Below, one piece after another: positions 1 through 9,735 of a stretch of DNA of 64,000 nt; the stretch's first letter is position 1, and each line of letters opens with the position of its first letter. The stretch is taken from contig CAWGZR010000004.1 of NCBI GenBank assembly GCA_963827165.1, positions 64,001 through 128,000 on the forward strand, given 5' to 3'. Position numbers and translations under genes: made by a program. A model generated the notes under the pieces. That model searched no databases. It saw only the letters and a list, made by a program, of their open reading frames with translations, and was not told where the DNA came from. This DNA comes from Candidatus Bathyarchaeota archaeon (GTDB lineage Archaea > Thermoproteota > Bathyarchaeia > Bathyarchaeales > Bathycorpusculaceae).

Positions 1-1221
1 GCATAAGCTTGCATTCCACATGGTGAGCATTGGTCCGTTTGCAGTGTAACCTACGGTGTAACTTAGAGTCTCGCCGTTTGGTCCTGCCACTAGGGTGCCA
101 GCGTTCGCGTTAGCAATGTTGAGTATCCATTGTCCAGTCATTGCATCTAACATTTGCCATTGATTGGGTGCTGTGGGCAATACAAAGCCATTAAGTGTTG
201 ACAGCCCGGTGAACAAGTAAGCGTGAGCCCCATATTGGTCTCCGTCTGCGAAGTCGTACACCATTGCGCATTTTAAAGTGTACTGTCCAGTATTTTCTGA
301 CCATAAAGTTTGACCAGTTTGCAGATCAACGGCCGTTAAGTTCCCAGGATTATTCTTCGCTCCGGGATAGTCCTGGTAGTATAACACTCCATTTACGATA
401 ACTGGAGCAAATTTACCTTCATAAGCAGTTCCTGTCGCATATATCGCTGTGTCGCTGTCGCCGAACGCTCCTCCGATTTGGCCTCCGAAAGCTAATGGTT
501 TCGTCCACATTACGTGGGCAGCAGCTGGTGCTTGTGAATATGGGTCAAAATTGCCATTTGAGTCGTAACTTCCTGTATCAACGAACTGGCCAGTAGTACC
601 CAGGCCAAGCCAGTTTCCGCTGATTATAGCCCATTCTCGATTCATTGAATTTATGGGTGTTGTCCAATATGCCGGTGGGAGTGGGTTTGCTGGAGGATAG
701 GTAATTGGGGTTGACTGAACAGTAAACGTTGTTGTTGCATTGCTTGGCAGAAACGTATCGTTGACATAATCAAGTTGAAGCGTGAGTATTCCTATTGATA
801 GGTTTTCAGGATACGGATTGAGATCTTGTGCTACTTGCCCTGGGAAGTTGAACAGTAACTTGTAAGTTCCAGTCGCGGTAGGTGTGTAATACGCTGAGGC
901 ACCTCCCGTGGAATCGGATGTGTACGGACCTAAAGTTGTGGTCGTTCCGTCTGGTTTAGTCACTGTAACAGTCATGTCACGCCATCTGTCACCATAAGGG
1001 CCTTCTGCTCCGACTGGCACTTTATCTATCCAGAATGTGAGTGTTACCTGTTGACCAACGCCGACTGGGTTAGGTGCCGCATTTATGAATGCATAGGTTG
1101 GGACTTTAATTGGCGGTGTATGCGCGCTCGCGCTTGGTATTAGTGTCAGTGAACCTGTCATTGATAGTATGAAGAATATTGAGATTGCAATTGCGAATAT
1201 TTTATTTTTTATTGTTTTCAT
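1..1221 (-). CDS. Large secreted PQQ-like beta-propeller surface protein, paralog 1 (5' part; runs off window edge)
   Basis: Not in the ORF track. Manual translation from ATG at 1221 gives MKTIKNKIFAIAISIFFILSMTGSLTLIPSASAHTPPIKVPTYAFINAAPNPVGVGQQV..., with a signal peptide and the same N-terminal motifs (PTYA, APNPxGVGQ, YWTxPI, SGNWLG) as 3433..6153. The frame stays open to position 1. Confidence 0.9.
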   Translation of the reverse strand, partial: MKTIKNKIFAIAISIFFILSMTGSLTLIPSASAHTPPIKVPTYAFINAAPNPVGVGQQVTLTFWIDKVPVGAEGPYGDRWRDMTVTVTKPDGTTTTLGPYTSDSTGGASAYYTPTATGTYKLLFNFPGQVAQDLNPYPENLSIGILTLQLDYVNDTFLPSNATTTFTVQSTPITYPPANPLPPAYWTTPINSMNREWAIISGNWLGLGTTGQFVDTGSYDSNGNFDPYSQAPAAAHVMWTKPLAFGGQIGGAFGDSDTAIYATGTAYEGKFAPVIVNGVLYYQDYPGAKNNPGNLTAVDLQTGQTLWSENTGQYTLKCAMVYDFADGDQYGAHAYLFTGLSTLNGFVLPTAPNQWQMLDAMTGQWILNIANANAGTLVAGPNGETLSYTVGYTANGPMLTMWNASLC

Positions 1222-1239
1222 TTTTTTTCTTTCCTTTTT

Positions 1240-1309
1240 TTGATGAGAGGTTATTGGTTTATTTCACTTTTTAAAAACTTGTAGTGTAGCTGAAACACAC
1301 CTTCATCAA
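1240..1309 (-). promoter_or_regulatory. 5' leader stem-loop of beta-propeller paralog 1
   Basis: Inverted repeat TTGATGAGAGGT (1240-1251) / ACCTTCATCAA (1299-1309), with inner ATTTCA (1261-1266) / TGAAAC (1291-1296). Confidence 0.65.
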
Positions 1310-1325
1310 CGAAGGTGCTCTTTCA

Positions 1326-2203
1326 TGCTATGTTGAATAACTTAAAAATTAGTTCTGTACAGACGCTTGATTATGAGTTCGTTGAGAGATTGGGAAGGCT
1401 ACAACGAAGCGATAGTGAAAAGAGGCTTAATTCTCCTCATCAAACTATTGGCAGTTGTCCATGCATATGTTTTGCCTTATCGACAGCTGGAAGGCTTCAT
1501 ATGTGGATTAAGCCAACATGTTGATGGAGTAAAGGCGCCTGACTACACCACTATATGGTGGAGGGTGGCAAAAATGAAGGTCAATTTGGAATCTTCCGTT
1601 GCGTTGGATAGGGATTTACTATGGCGGTGGACTCCAGCGGCATAAAAGTGTCTAATCGAGGCGAATGGATACATAAAAAATGGAGAGTTCAACGTGGCTT
1701 CATTAAAGTGCATATTGCCGTTGACACCAAGACAAAGCAGATCCTTGCCATTGAAGTAACCAAAGAGGATGTTGGAGACGGACGCATGCTTGGTCGGTTA
1801 GTGGATGGTTCTCAAAGCAGGGTGCCTTTGAAACGTGTTACTGCTGATGGCGCTTACGATTCTAAAGCTAATTTCAGGATGCTTGCTGAGAGAGCGATTG
1901 ATCCGTTGATTAGAGTAAGAAAGAATGCGTCGTTTAATGTAGGCGGCTGTATGCCTCGCAAGTTCGCAGTTGTGGAGCAGCTGGGCAATTCTGATTGGAG
2001 ACGTGAGAGAGGTTATGGTTACCGTTGGATGGTGGAGTCGGCGTTTTCAAGCATTAAGCGTGTATTCGGAGAGTATATCTGTGCAGTCAAGGGGCCTAAT
2101 ATAGTTAAAGAGTTGCTTTTGAAAGCTTCAATTTATAATCTTTTTAAACCAAAAAGCAACAAGGTATTGACTTGAAAGGAACTCTAAGTTATTCAAAACA
2201 GCA
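1326..2203 (+). mobile_element. IS5-family insertion sequence (IS903/ISH1-like), 878 bp, degenerate
   Basis: 19-bp terminal inverted repeats TGCTATGTTGAATAACTTA (1326-1344) and TAAGTTATTCAAAACAGCA (2185-2203), 17/19 match. 8-bp target-site duplication CTCTTTCA at 1318-1325 and 2204-2211. Encloses a DDE transposase. Confidence 0.93.
1373..2175 (+). pseudogene. IS5-family DDE transposase, frameshifted (ORFs 1367..1645 and 1621..2175)
   Basis: N-part has DWEGYNEAIVKRG, LPYRQLEG and PDYTTIWWR. C-part has AVDSSGIK, KVHIAVD, ADGAYDS and RWMVESAFS (DDE triad). The frame switches near 1615-1625, and the N-terminal region looks internally shortened. Confidence 0.85.
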
Positions 2204-2261
2204 CTCTTTCACAAAAGCTTATATTTTAATGTCCTAAACGTAATATTGGTCTGAGAAGAGA

Positions 2262-3086
2262 TTGCAAACTGATTCTAAAAACATCGAGACCTTGAAAAAA
2301 TTAGGGCTGACTCCGTTAGAGTCAAAAATCTATGTTGCTTTATTGAAGTGTGGACGTGCAAAAGTTGAATCAATCGCGACGGTTGCAAATGTTGACCGAT
2401 CAAATGCTTACCATGCAATAAAGCGACTTCAAAACATTGGCTTGATAATAAAGATATTAAATAAACCTAATTTTTTCGAAGCAATCTCAATCAATGATGG
2501 GCTAACTGTTTTGCTTAACCGTAAAGAAGACGACCTTGATGAAATGAAGAATGAAGCGAAGAAACTGATAAGTTCAATGCTTTTTGAGAGACCAGCACAA
2601 GAACCTCAATTCGAAATAATCAAAAAGCCAGCAGAGTTGCTGATACGAGATATCATTGATATCTGCAAAAATCTCGAGAACAGTATCGATCTTGTGTTGA
2701 ATACCCGAACTTTTGTTGATACATTTCTTGAAACCTTCCAATATCAGCGATTTTTGATTAACAGAGGCGTAAGATACCGTCTTATCACAGAAAATGCAAT
2801 AACTTCTCTCAAATTACAAAAATATTCTGAATCACTTAAGAAAAATAATAACTTTGAACTGAGGTGTGTTTACAAGCAACCTGAGGTGACATTTGGAATA
2901 TTCGACAATCATTCAGTTGAACTCTCCATATTGCCTAACCTAATATGCAAACAATCAGCCTCATTAAAGACGAATCATCCTGGCTTAATTGCAGTTTTTC
3001 AGAACTATTTTGACAAGCTATGGCATGAATCAATAGAATACACGCAGGCAGACAAAGACGGCCTTACTCTTTCTTGCCCTGAATAA
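2262..3086 (+). CDS. TrmB-family transcriptional regulator
   Basis: N-terminal wHTH (LKKLGLTPLESKIYVALL...RSNAYHAIKRLQNIGLI) and C-terminal PLD-like effector domain (RGVRYRLITE, FGIFDN, YFDKLW). Confidence 0.85.
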   Translation: MQTDSKNIETLKKLGLTPLESKIYVALLKCGRAKVESIATVANVDRSNAYHAIKRLQNIGLIIKILNKPNFFEAISINDGLTVLLNRKEDDLDEMKNEAKKLISSMLFERPAQEPQFEIIKKPAELLIRDIIDICKNLENSIDLVLNTRTFVDTFLETFQYQRFLINRGVRYRLITENAITSLKLQKYSESLKKNNNFELRCVYKQPEVTFGIFDNHSVELSILPNLICKQSASLKTNHPGLIAVFQNYFDKLWHESIEYTQADKDGLTLSCPE

Positions 3087-3384
3087 GTCGATCACGTTTG
3101 TCCCTTCAAAGAGAGCTTCAACAATGGAAAGATAACATGGAGTACCGCAATGCAAAAGACGTTCTTCATGTCCAACAAATACTTCGGTTCCATTTTCTAA
3201 ACACTTGGCTCGAAAATTTTTAGGGTTTGCTGAGACTCTGGAAACTAAGGTTGAAAATTTCTTTTGGAGGAAAGAGAAAAATGCAAATTCTTCAATTGCA
3301 GCTATTTTAAGTTTAACCAGAGCCTTCTCAGCCAACATTTCTCTCTATCAACTCTTACTGGTTTTTCTTGGTTTTTAGAGACTA

Positions 3385-3402
3385 AAAAAAGGGAAAAAGG
3401 GG
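3385..3402 (-). terminator. Oligo-T terminator after paralog 2
   Basis: Pyrimidine/U-rich tract (CCCCTTTTTCCCTTTTTTT on the minus strand) about 30 nt after the stop codon. Confidence 0.55.
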
Positions 3403-3432
3403 ATTTTGGTTTTTTATTGTAGTTTCTTTTGT

Positions 3433-6153
3433 TTAGGGTCGCCTTCTTGTGACGAGGAGTGCGAGAACTGCGATTCCTATGATTATGACGATGATGATTG
3501 CGACGCCTATGTATTCGAGCGTTGTCTGCGTGGCTACTCCGCTAAGTGGTGTTGCTGTCGGTGCTGATGTCGTCGCTGGGGAGCTGGCGTAGAATCCTGT
3601 TGAAGCTGTGGACCCGTAGTATGATTGTGTTCCCGCGAATGTAGCGTAGACTGTATAGTTGCCCGTTATGTCTGGTTTCCATATAAATGAGTAGTCGCCT
3701 AAGCCGTTGGTGGTTGTTGAACCGATTGTTCTGTAGTTGCCGTTTGCATCTATGACCGCGAATGTCACTGGGACACCTGTTACGTTGTGGGGTTCTGGCT
3801 GCTGCATGTAGACGGACTCCATGAACTGGGTCATGCTTGCGTCTGAAACGCATGGCAAGCCGTTGGGGAAGTTCGATGCAACTGCTGTTTGAGACGCACC
3901 TGCAGAGATGTCTGTAACTGAGCCTGTTATGGTGATTGGAGTTGCGGTCGTTGCGCCGATGTTTGGTGCACTCACCGTTGTCTTAGTTGGTCCCATGCCG
4001 TAAGCGTATACTTGTTCGTCATAGGAGTTTAGTGTCGTCATGACGCCGTCGGAAATAGCTGGCGCACTTGTAACGTCAAAAGCCGTTATGCTCCAAACCG
4101 GTTGACCATTGGTGCAGTTTATTGCCAGTTGACTAGCTCCACGGAATAGCGGCGGACTGTACTGGTGACCTTCAGGAACGTATAGCATTCCACCTGCAAC
4201 TGTGCCCACGGTAAATGTCCATAGTGGCCATACACCATAAGGAGTGTTAGATCCAGCGGCACCGCTTAATATCTCGGTATTTGTGTACCATATGATTTTT
4301 CCTGTCTGCAAGTTTATGGCCCAGATGTCTCCTCCGAATCCCCATAGGTAAAGTACTCCGTTCGCAGGAACAGCTTCATAGCCGCCAACGTTGTCATAAG
4401 CGTTGGTTGATCCTCCGTCTGCGCCTGTAAGTTGAGTCGTCCATAGCTGTGTTCCCGTAGTTACGCTGTAACCGTTAATTACGCTTGTTTGCAGATTGAC
4501 TTCAGTGTAGACTCCGCTGTTAGGTGGAAAACTTGCTAATCTTGTTTGAGTCGTTTCTGTTCGGTTAGTTATCCATAATTGTGCGCCTGTGTTTAAATCG
4601 AAACCTGCTTCAATTTGGTAACCTGATTGGAAGCTAGCGCCGCTGGCAACTGAACCAGTCATTAGTATGTCACTTCCAATTCCGGAAATACCCAGAGAAA
4701 CACCCAGTGGATTGCCTGCAACTGTGGTTGGTAGTGGTACACTCCATTGTATTCCATATGACCATGGAATCACGGCGTTTTGAGGTGGCCGCCAGTATAG
4801 ATTAGCTCTGTAGTTGGAGCCTGGGGCAGCTGCTCCTTGTACTAGCTCTTCTTGCAATATGGCTGCTGTTGAGTTCCACATGACGAGTGAATGCGTCGTG
4901 CTGTTGACATAGTAACCAAGCAAGCTTCCTGGGAATGATCCGCCTGTTTCTGAAACAAATTGTACGGACGGACCGCCGATGATGCTCAATACGTAACTCC
5001 CTGTCATTGCATTGTACATGCTATATGTGTATGTGCTTGGAGGAGGATAGATTCCAGTTGCATTCTGTATATCTGCTGCAGCGTCAGTTTCAGTGTTATA
5101 GTTAATCATCCATAGATATGCCTGACTGCCGTATTGGTTGATTGAGGTGTAGTCAAGTATTTGGCCAGTTCTTAGCATCATATCAGATTGGCTTCCGATA
5201 GCACCGCCGCCGAATTGAGTTGGAGTTGAGATATCCATTGTCCACAGCGTTTTTCCTGTCTTAAGATCTACGGCAACCATGTTTGAGGGGTTGCTTCCAG
5301 CGTTAGGAAATTGGTCAAAGTAGAGTATTCCATCCATGATTACTGGGTCAAAATTGGGGTCGTATTGCCTAGTTGAGTAGAAGTTGCTCGTGCTTGTTGC
5401 GCCGTATTCTCCTCCGACTAAACCGCCGAGGGCAGCAGGCATTGTCCAAAGAATGTGAGCAGTCTCTGGACCTACAGTGTACGGGTTATAGTTTCCAGTG
5501 GCATTATACCCGCCGGTGATTGAAAAGGTATCTGCTGTTAGCCCTAGCCAATTCCCGCTAATGGTGTTCCAATAGTCGTTAATTGAATAAATTGGGCGAG
5601 TCCAGAACGATGTTGGAAGCGGTGCTTGGGGGGCACTTGGTATTGCCGTCGTTTGTACTGTAAGCGTTGCTACATTGGAGACTGAAGGTTCATAATAATC
5701 TCCGATAAATTGAGGTCCCAATTCTCCGGTTGGAGGCGGGTTCGCGCCTGCTAATGTTTGTCCTGAGAAGGTCATCTGGAAGGTATAGTTGCCGGTTGTG
5801 GTAGGCGTGAAATCTGTGTGTGTTCCGCCAGTGTCGTCAGAAATAAAAGGTCCCAGTGTTTGGGTGTCTCCATTTGGGTCTGTAACTTTCACGTTCAGGT
5901 TCTGCCATCGGTCGCCATAGTTTCCGCTTGCGGTTGGTGGTGGTTGATCAACCCAGAAATCAACGTTTATTGTTTGTCCGACACCTGCAGGGTTTGGTGC
6001 AACGACGATGTAAGAGTAGGTTGGAATATCTATTTTGCCCGGTGCTAGAGTTTGTGCGTTAGCGTTTGGGATTAGCATCAGTGAAGCTGTCATTGAAATT
6101 ATAAAGAATATGCTGATTGTTATTGCTGCGATTTTGTTTTTTAGTGTTTTCAT
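3433..6153 (-). CDS. Large secreted PQQ-like beta-propeller surface protein, paralog 2 (906 aa)
   Basis: Signal peptide, repeated AxD/NxxTGxxxW propeller motifs, conserved GLPCVSDASM...YMQQP module, Thr-rich linker, C-terminal TM helix and basic tail RRRP. Confidence 0.9.
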   Translation of the reverse strand: MKTLKNKIAAITISIFFIISMTASLMLIPNANAQTLAPGKIDIPTYSYIVVAPNPAGVGQTINVDFWVDQPPPTASGNYGDRWQNLNVKVTDPNGDTQTLGPFISDDTGGTHTDFTPTTTGNYTFQMTFSGQTLAGANPPPTGELGPQFIGDYYEPSVSNVATLTVQTTAIPSAPQAPLPTSFWTRPIYSINDYWNTISGNWLGLTADTFSITGGYNATGNYNPYTVGPETAHILWTMPAALGGLVGGEYGATSTSNFYSTRQYDPNFDPVIMDGILYFDQFPNAGSNPSNMVAVDLKTGKTLWTMDISTPTQFGGGAIGSQSDMMLRTGQILDYTSINQYGSQAYLWMINYNTETDAAADIQNATGIYPPPSTYTYSMYNAMTGSYVLSIIGGPSVQFVSETGGSFPGSLLGYYVNSTTHSLVMWNSTAAILQEELVQGAAAPGSNYRANLYWRPPQNAVIPWSYGIQWSVPLPTTVAGNPLGVSLGISGIGSDILMTGSVASGASFQSGYQIEAGFDLNTGAQLWITNRTETTQTRLASFPPNSGVYTEVNLQTSVINGYSVTTGTQLWTTQLTGADGGSTNAYDNVGGYEAVPANGVLYLWGFGGDIWAINLQTGKIIWYTNTEILSGAAGSNTPYGVWPLWTFTVGTVAGGMLYVPEGHQYSPPLFRGASQLAINCTNGQPVWSITAFDVTSAPAISDGVMTTLNSYDEQVYAYGMGPTKTTVSAPNIGATTATPITITGSVTDISAGASQTAVASNFPNGLPCVSDASMTQFMESVYMQQPEPHNVTGVPVTFAVIDANGNYRTIGSTTTNGLGDYSFIWKPDITGNYTVYATFAGTQSYYGSTASTGFYASSPATTSAPTATPLSGVATQTTLEYIGVAIIIVIIIGIAVLALLVTRRRP

Positions 6154-6183
6154 TTCTATTTTTCTCCTTTAATTTTATTTACC

Positions 6184-6255
6184 GCTGAGAAGAAAAAAAA
6201 AGAGTTAATGTTCCTTCTCAGCTTAATCTGATTTCGCGCGATTTGGTATAAATAA
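6184..6255 (-). promoter_or_regulatory. TATA box plus 5' leader stem-loop of paralog 2
   Basis: TTATTTATA (6255-6247) lies about 25 nt upstream of a perfect 9-bp inverted repeat GCTGAGAAG (6184-6192) / CTTCTCAGC (6214-6222). AAGGAG SD-like motif before the ATG. Confidence 0.7.
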
Positions 6256-6461
6256 TTTGCCTAATTTTTTCGACGCGATTCAGTACAAATAAACACCATT
6301 TTTCATGTAGAAGAGATATAAATTAGATGAAAAGCAGCAGTTTTACTTCAAAAAAATGAAGCTTATCCAAACTAATTTCAGTGATCAGAGAAAAAAGAGT
6401 AAAACTCGGGTGATATCTCAATTTTCGCGGGGGTTCAAATCCCCCAAGTCTCATATGTGCT

Positions 6462-6597
6462 AGGTTAGAGTTCTCGGTTTCATGAGAACCTCTGCTCAGG
6501 TTTTGGGGTCGAGCGCTTAAATTTCAGCCAACAACCACGAGAAAATGTTGAAAATCCTTATCAAGGCGTGAATGAGCACCGCTACTTTTGATGAGTG
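6462..6597 (-). pseudogene. Degenerate fragment of the nucS 3' region
   Basis: TTAGAGTTCTCGGTTTCATGAGAACCTCTGCTCAGGTTTTGGGGTCGAGCGCTT aligns by eye with nucS 15438-15492 (TTAGAGTTCTCTGTTTTCCTCAGAACCTCTGCACAGGTTTTGGGATCAAGCGCTT). Weaker similarity continues to about 6597. Confidence 0.75.
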
Positions 6598-6687
6598 AAT
6601 CTTAAGAATTGAATTTTATGACTTTAGCAAGCGATAAATAGCGCTAACACCGATTACCCTGATCTGGGGGCAAAGAACACGAAAAAA

Positions 6688-7929
6688 ATGGCTTTAGCTT
6701 TAATTATGATAATTGTTTTCTTGACTTCCTCTCTAATTGTTTTCCCAATATCACCTGCGCATGCAGGCACAGGTGATGATCCTGCTCTTACTGTTAGTAT
6801 CTCGCCTAGTGCGTGGAGCATGGACGTAGGACAAAGCAAAGTGTTCACTGCAGTTCCCTTCGGCGGTTCAGGCAACTACACCAGTTATCAGTGGTATTTC
6901 GACACGTCTCTTCAGACTGGCCAGAATGCTTCAACCTATAATTACCAGCTCAGCGCAAACACTGGCACTTACTCGATTGCTGTAACGGTCAATGACAGTT
7001 CTGGTTCAACTTCAGCTCAGTCGCCTCTCACATTGATCACTGTGAACCCTTCGCTAGTTGCTCCGACTGCTTCTGCAAATTGGAATTCGAGTGATCAAGG
7101 TCAAACCATTATCCTGTATTCTTCGACTGTTACAACCGGAACTTCTCCTTACCAATATCAGTGGCTTCAGGAAGCGCCAGAAGCTGCATCATTCTCTCCG
7201 ATTAGCGGCGCAACCTCCTCGAGCTACCCATTCGTGACTAACAGTTCAACAACCATTGGATCGTGGAGTTTTCAGCTTCAAGTAACAGATTCCGCTTCGG
7301 AAGTAGTCACTTCAAACACTGCGGCCTTCACCCTCAATGTTGCGCCAACCGTTTCTATCTCTCCCGGCTCTGCCAACTTGAATATTGAACAGACCCAAGT
7401 GTTTACAGCTACTCCGAGCGGCGGCACAGGAAATTACACGTTTTACCATTGGTACGTTAATGGGGTTTCTCAGGGCTTTCAGATGCCGGCAACGTTTAGT
7501 TTTACTCCCGGTTCCCTGGGTTCTTACTCAATTACTGCGGCGGTGAGTGATAATGCAAGCACGACCTCAGTTCAATCCACAGCCGCAACAGTTACGGTTT
7601 CGGCAACTGCGACTCCAACGCCAACCCCAATACCCACAGCTTCGCCCACCTCGGCACCGACCGCTACACCAACAGCCGTTCCAACCGCCACCCCAACTCA
7701 GGCGCCAACTGCTTCGCCAACAACAACGCCCACCAACTCACCAACGCCCACGCCAACCTCAACAAGCACTTCGCCACCAACAGCCGGAACATTCGTGTTC
7801 ACAAGCCTCGACGGAATAATAACCGCAATCGTAATTGTAATCATAGCGCTAGCGTTATTCTTGATGTGGTCGAGACGAAGCAAAAACACCATCACAGCAT
7901 TAGCAGGCCCAACCGACAAGGTTAGCTAG
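6688..7929 (+). CDS. Cell-surface protein with Ig/PKD-like repeats, Pro/Thr linker and C-terminal TM helix
   Basis: Signal peptide ending AHA; repeated VSISP...FTAxPxGGxGxYxxYxWY units; TPTPT/APTAT linker; TM helix followed by RRSK. Confidence 0.8.
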   Translation: MALALIMIIVFLTSSLIVFPISPAHAGTGDDPALTVSISPSAWSMDVGQSKVFTAVPFGGSGNYTSYQWYFDTSLQTGQNASTYNYQLSANTGTYSIAVTVNDSSGSTSAQSPLTLITVNPSLVAPTASANWNSSDQGQTIILYSSTVTTGTSPYQYQWLQEAPEAASFSPISGATSSSYPFVTNSSTTIGSWSFQLQVTDSASEVVTSNTAAFTLNVAPTVSISPGSANLNIEQTQVFTATPSGGTGNYTFYHWYVNGVSQGFQMPATFSFTPGSLGSYSITAAVSDNASTTSVQSTAATVTVSATATPTPTPIPTASPTSAPTATPTAVPTATPTQAPTASPTTTPTNSPTPTPTSTSTSPPTAGTFVFTSLDGIITAIVIVIIALALFLMWSRRSKNTITALAGPTDKVS

Positions 7930-8127
7930 ATCAGACTTGGCTTGGTGAGTGTAAAAGAGGGCCACGCAATATCTGTAACATTCGCCCCTGACTAACAAAC
8001 GGAAAGAATAGAAGATTTCGCCCATTTCTTTTGTTCAGTTTCGCTACAGAAATTGAACCCTTGACATTGAGCTTATTGACAAAGAAAAAGCGGTTACACT
8101 ATCTAAGAGAAAAGGTCTGCTTTCTGT

Positions 8128-8412
8128 TTATGTATTGGTCTTCTTTTGCAGTCTAAAGGCTAAGTACAGGTTTATCGCTATTGCAAGTGCCAAGAAAATA
8201 AGACCGAAATTAGTATCATCGAAAACAAGAATGTCATATCCAGCTTTTATACCGCCAAATTGCATGTACAAGGGAAAGTGAGAGTTTACAGCTACCTGAT
8301 ACATCCCATTTAATCCTGAATACTCAGCCCAATTCCAAAACAAATACAAAGCAACAAAGAAGACGTTAGACAGAAGCATTAACTTGAATTCTTTTTCAAG
8401 CATAATAACCAA
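8128..8412 (-). CDS. Small 2-TM membrane protein (paralog of 10793..11122)
   Basis: Two hydrophobic helices; shares NVxxVxxxxxxN and AINL motifs with 10793..11122. Confidence 0.65.
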   Translation of the reverse strand: MVIMLEKEFKLMLLSNVFFVALYLFWNWAEYSGLNGMYQVAVNSHFPLYMQFGGIKAGYDILVFDDTNFGLIFLALAIAINLYLAFRLQKKTNT

Positions 8413-8545
8413 CCCACAATGATTTCCTTTTGTTAAGGTTTCAGTTGGTTACTAGCCCTTTTATGACTTATCATTAGAACGATTGTTCTCAAAGTTAGAA
8501 CATTTTTACAGACAAAGGGCGGGTACATCTAGCTGTGGGAAAAGG

Positions 8546-9505
8546 TTATCGCTTCAAGTTAGCGGTTTTTCGATGCCTTCTAAAAATTAACAGAATAATA
8601 CTTAACACAACTACTACAGCTATAAGTGCAATTACTACAATTTGTTCCTTAACGGGTATCATAGTCGAAGCTGGTGTTGGGCTTGGTAGAGGTGTCGGTA
8701 AAGGACTTTGTGACGGCGAAGGCAAAAATGGGGTCGTTTTTATCAAGTAAATATAACCCACACCTGCATTCAACTCAGAGTTTGCGATTCCCAAACCTGC
8801 AAGTGCTCCATCTGAGGTTTCGATGAGAGAATATATTTTGAAGGGAAAATCGATGGTGCCATTGTCATAGTTGGCTGGACCTGAATAGGGAAGGTCTAAA
8901 ATCCATTGCGTTTCGTTGCTTGAATCGATCTTTACAAAGGCAGGTGCCGCAGGAGGTCCCACGTTACTAGTGATTCCCCCTTCAAAGTAGGCGAACCCGC
9001 CATCACTGGTCCGAATGTTAGTTGTGGTATTGGCTAAGGCTAAAACCGTGCTTGTATTTTCATACCATTGTGTGTCTCCTTTGGAATTTAGTTTTATGAG
9101 TGTTGGAGCAGACTGAAAAGTAATGCCGTATGCTTTTGTGCCCGCCATTTCGTATCCGCCATCACTGGTTTGAATAAGGCTTGAGGCTGAGAACAAATTG
9201 AAAGTTTTACTCCATTGCATAATACCATTAGAATCAAGCTTGTAGAGAATTGAAGGAATAAACATACCTGATTGTCCGATGGAGCCGCGATCTAAAAAGG
9301 CGTATCCGCCGTCGCTCGTTTGAATCAGGTTAGAAATTGCAGCAGTAAACTGGCTTCCGTAGATTTTTTGCCATTGGGTGGCAGGAGGTGAAGTGCTGCT
9401 TGAGGTTTGGGCTGAAACTAACGTGGGTTGAAGAATTATTAAGGTTGTTATAAAAGCAACGACAAGAAATGAGGCGAAACTCTTACCTAAACTTACCATA
9501 CTCAC
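8546..9505 (-). CDS. Secreted, membrane-anchored protein with QTSDGGY repeats (beta-propeller-like)
   Basis: Signal peptide; four IQTSDGGY-like repeats; Pro-rich linker; TM helix; tail RRHRKTANLKR. Confidence 0.8.
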   Translation of the reverse strand: MSMVSLGKSFASFLVVAFITTLIILQPTLVSAQTSSSTSPPATQWQKIYGSQFTAAISNLIQTSDGGYAFLDRGSIGQSGMFIPSILYKLDSNGIMQWSKTFNLFSASSLIQTSDGGYEMAGTKAYGITFQSAPTLIKLNSKGDTQWYENTSTVLALANTTTNIRTSDGGFAYFEGGITSNVGPPAAPAFVKIDSSNETQWILDLPYSGPANYDNGTIDFPFKIYSLIETSDGALAGLGIANSELNAGVGYIYLIKTTPFLPSPSQSPLPTPLPSPTPASTMIPVKEQIVVIALIAVVVVLSIILLIFRRHRKTANLKR

Positions 9506-9548
9506 TCTTGGAACCTGTTTACGTTAAAAGGCTTCCCGTAAACGTTTC

Positions 9549-9587
9549 TTGACTGAGGTTAGTCAAAGTTTCTTGACCAAACCTCAG
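9549..9587. repeat. Palindromic element TTGACT-N6-AGTCAA, copy 1 (nested in a larger inverted repeat)
   Basis: TTGACT gaggtt AGTCAA at 9549-9566. Also CTGAGGTTAGTCAA / TTGACCAAACCTCAG spanning 9553-9587. Confidence 0.7.
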
Positions 9588-9735
9588 GTATATAGGTACC
9601 TATTAGGCGGTACCGCGGTACCTCAAGTTAATAGATTTTCAGTGCATAACCATTTGAAATTTTTACTTACCAAATTTCAATAATGCTTAAATGACCTTGT
9701 GAATGCTTCCATAAAGATTGGGTGATTGATAAGGC

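Noticed and set aside
3030-3338. ORF 3030..3338 and the many short antisense ORFs nested in long genes (e.g. 21642..22031, 34163..34540, 55453..55998, 61245..61802)
   Set aside because: They are shadow frames of well-supported genes, or lack motifs, SD and plausible composition.
3433-6153. Diversity-generating retroelement target among the propeller paralogs
   Set aside because: No reverse transcriptase and no near-identical TR/VR pair with adenine-specific differences seen.
6400-6455. Possible tRNA gene around GGGGGTTCAAATCCCCC
   Set aside because: Only the T-arm is present; no acceptor, D or anticodon stems can be formed.
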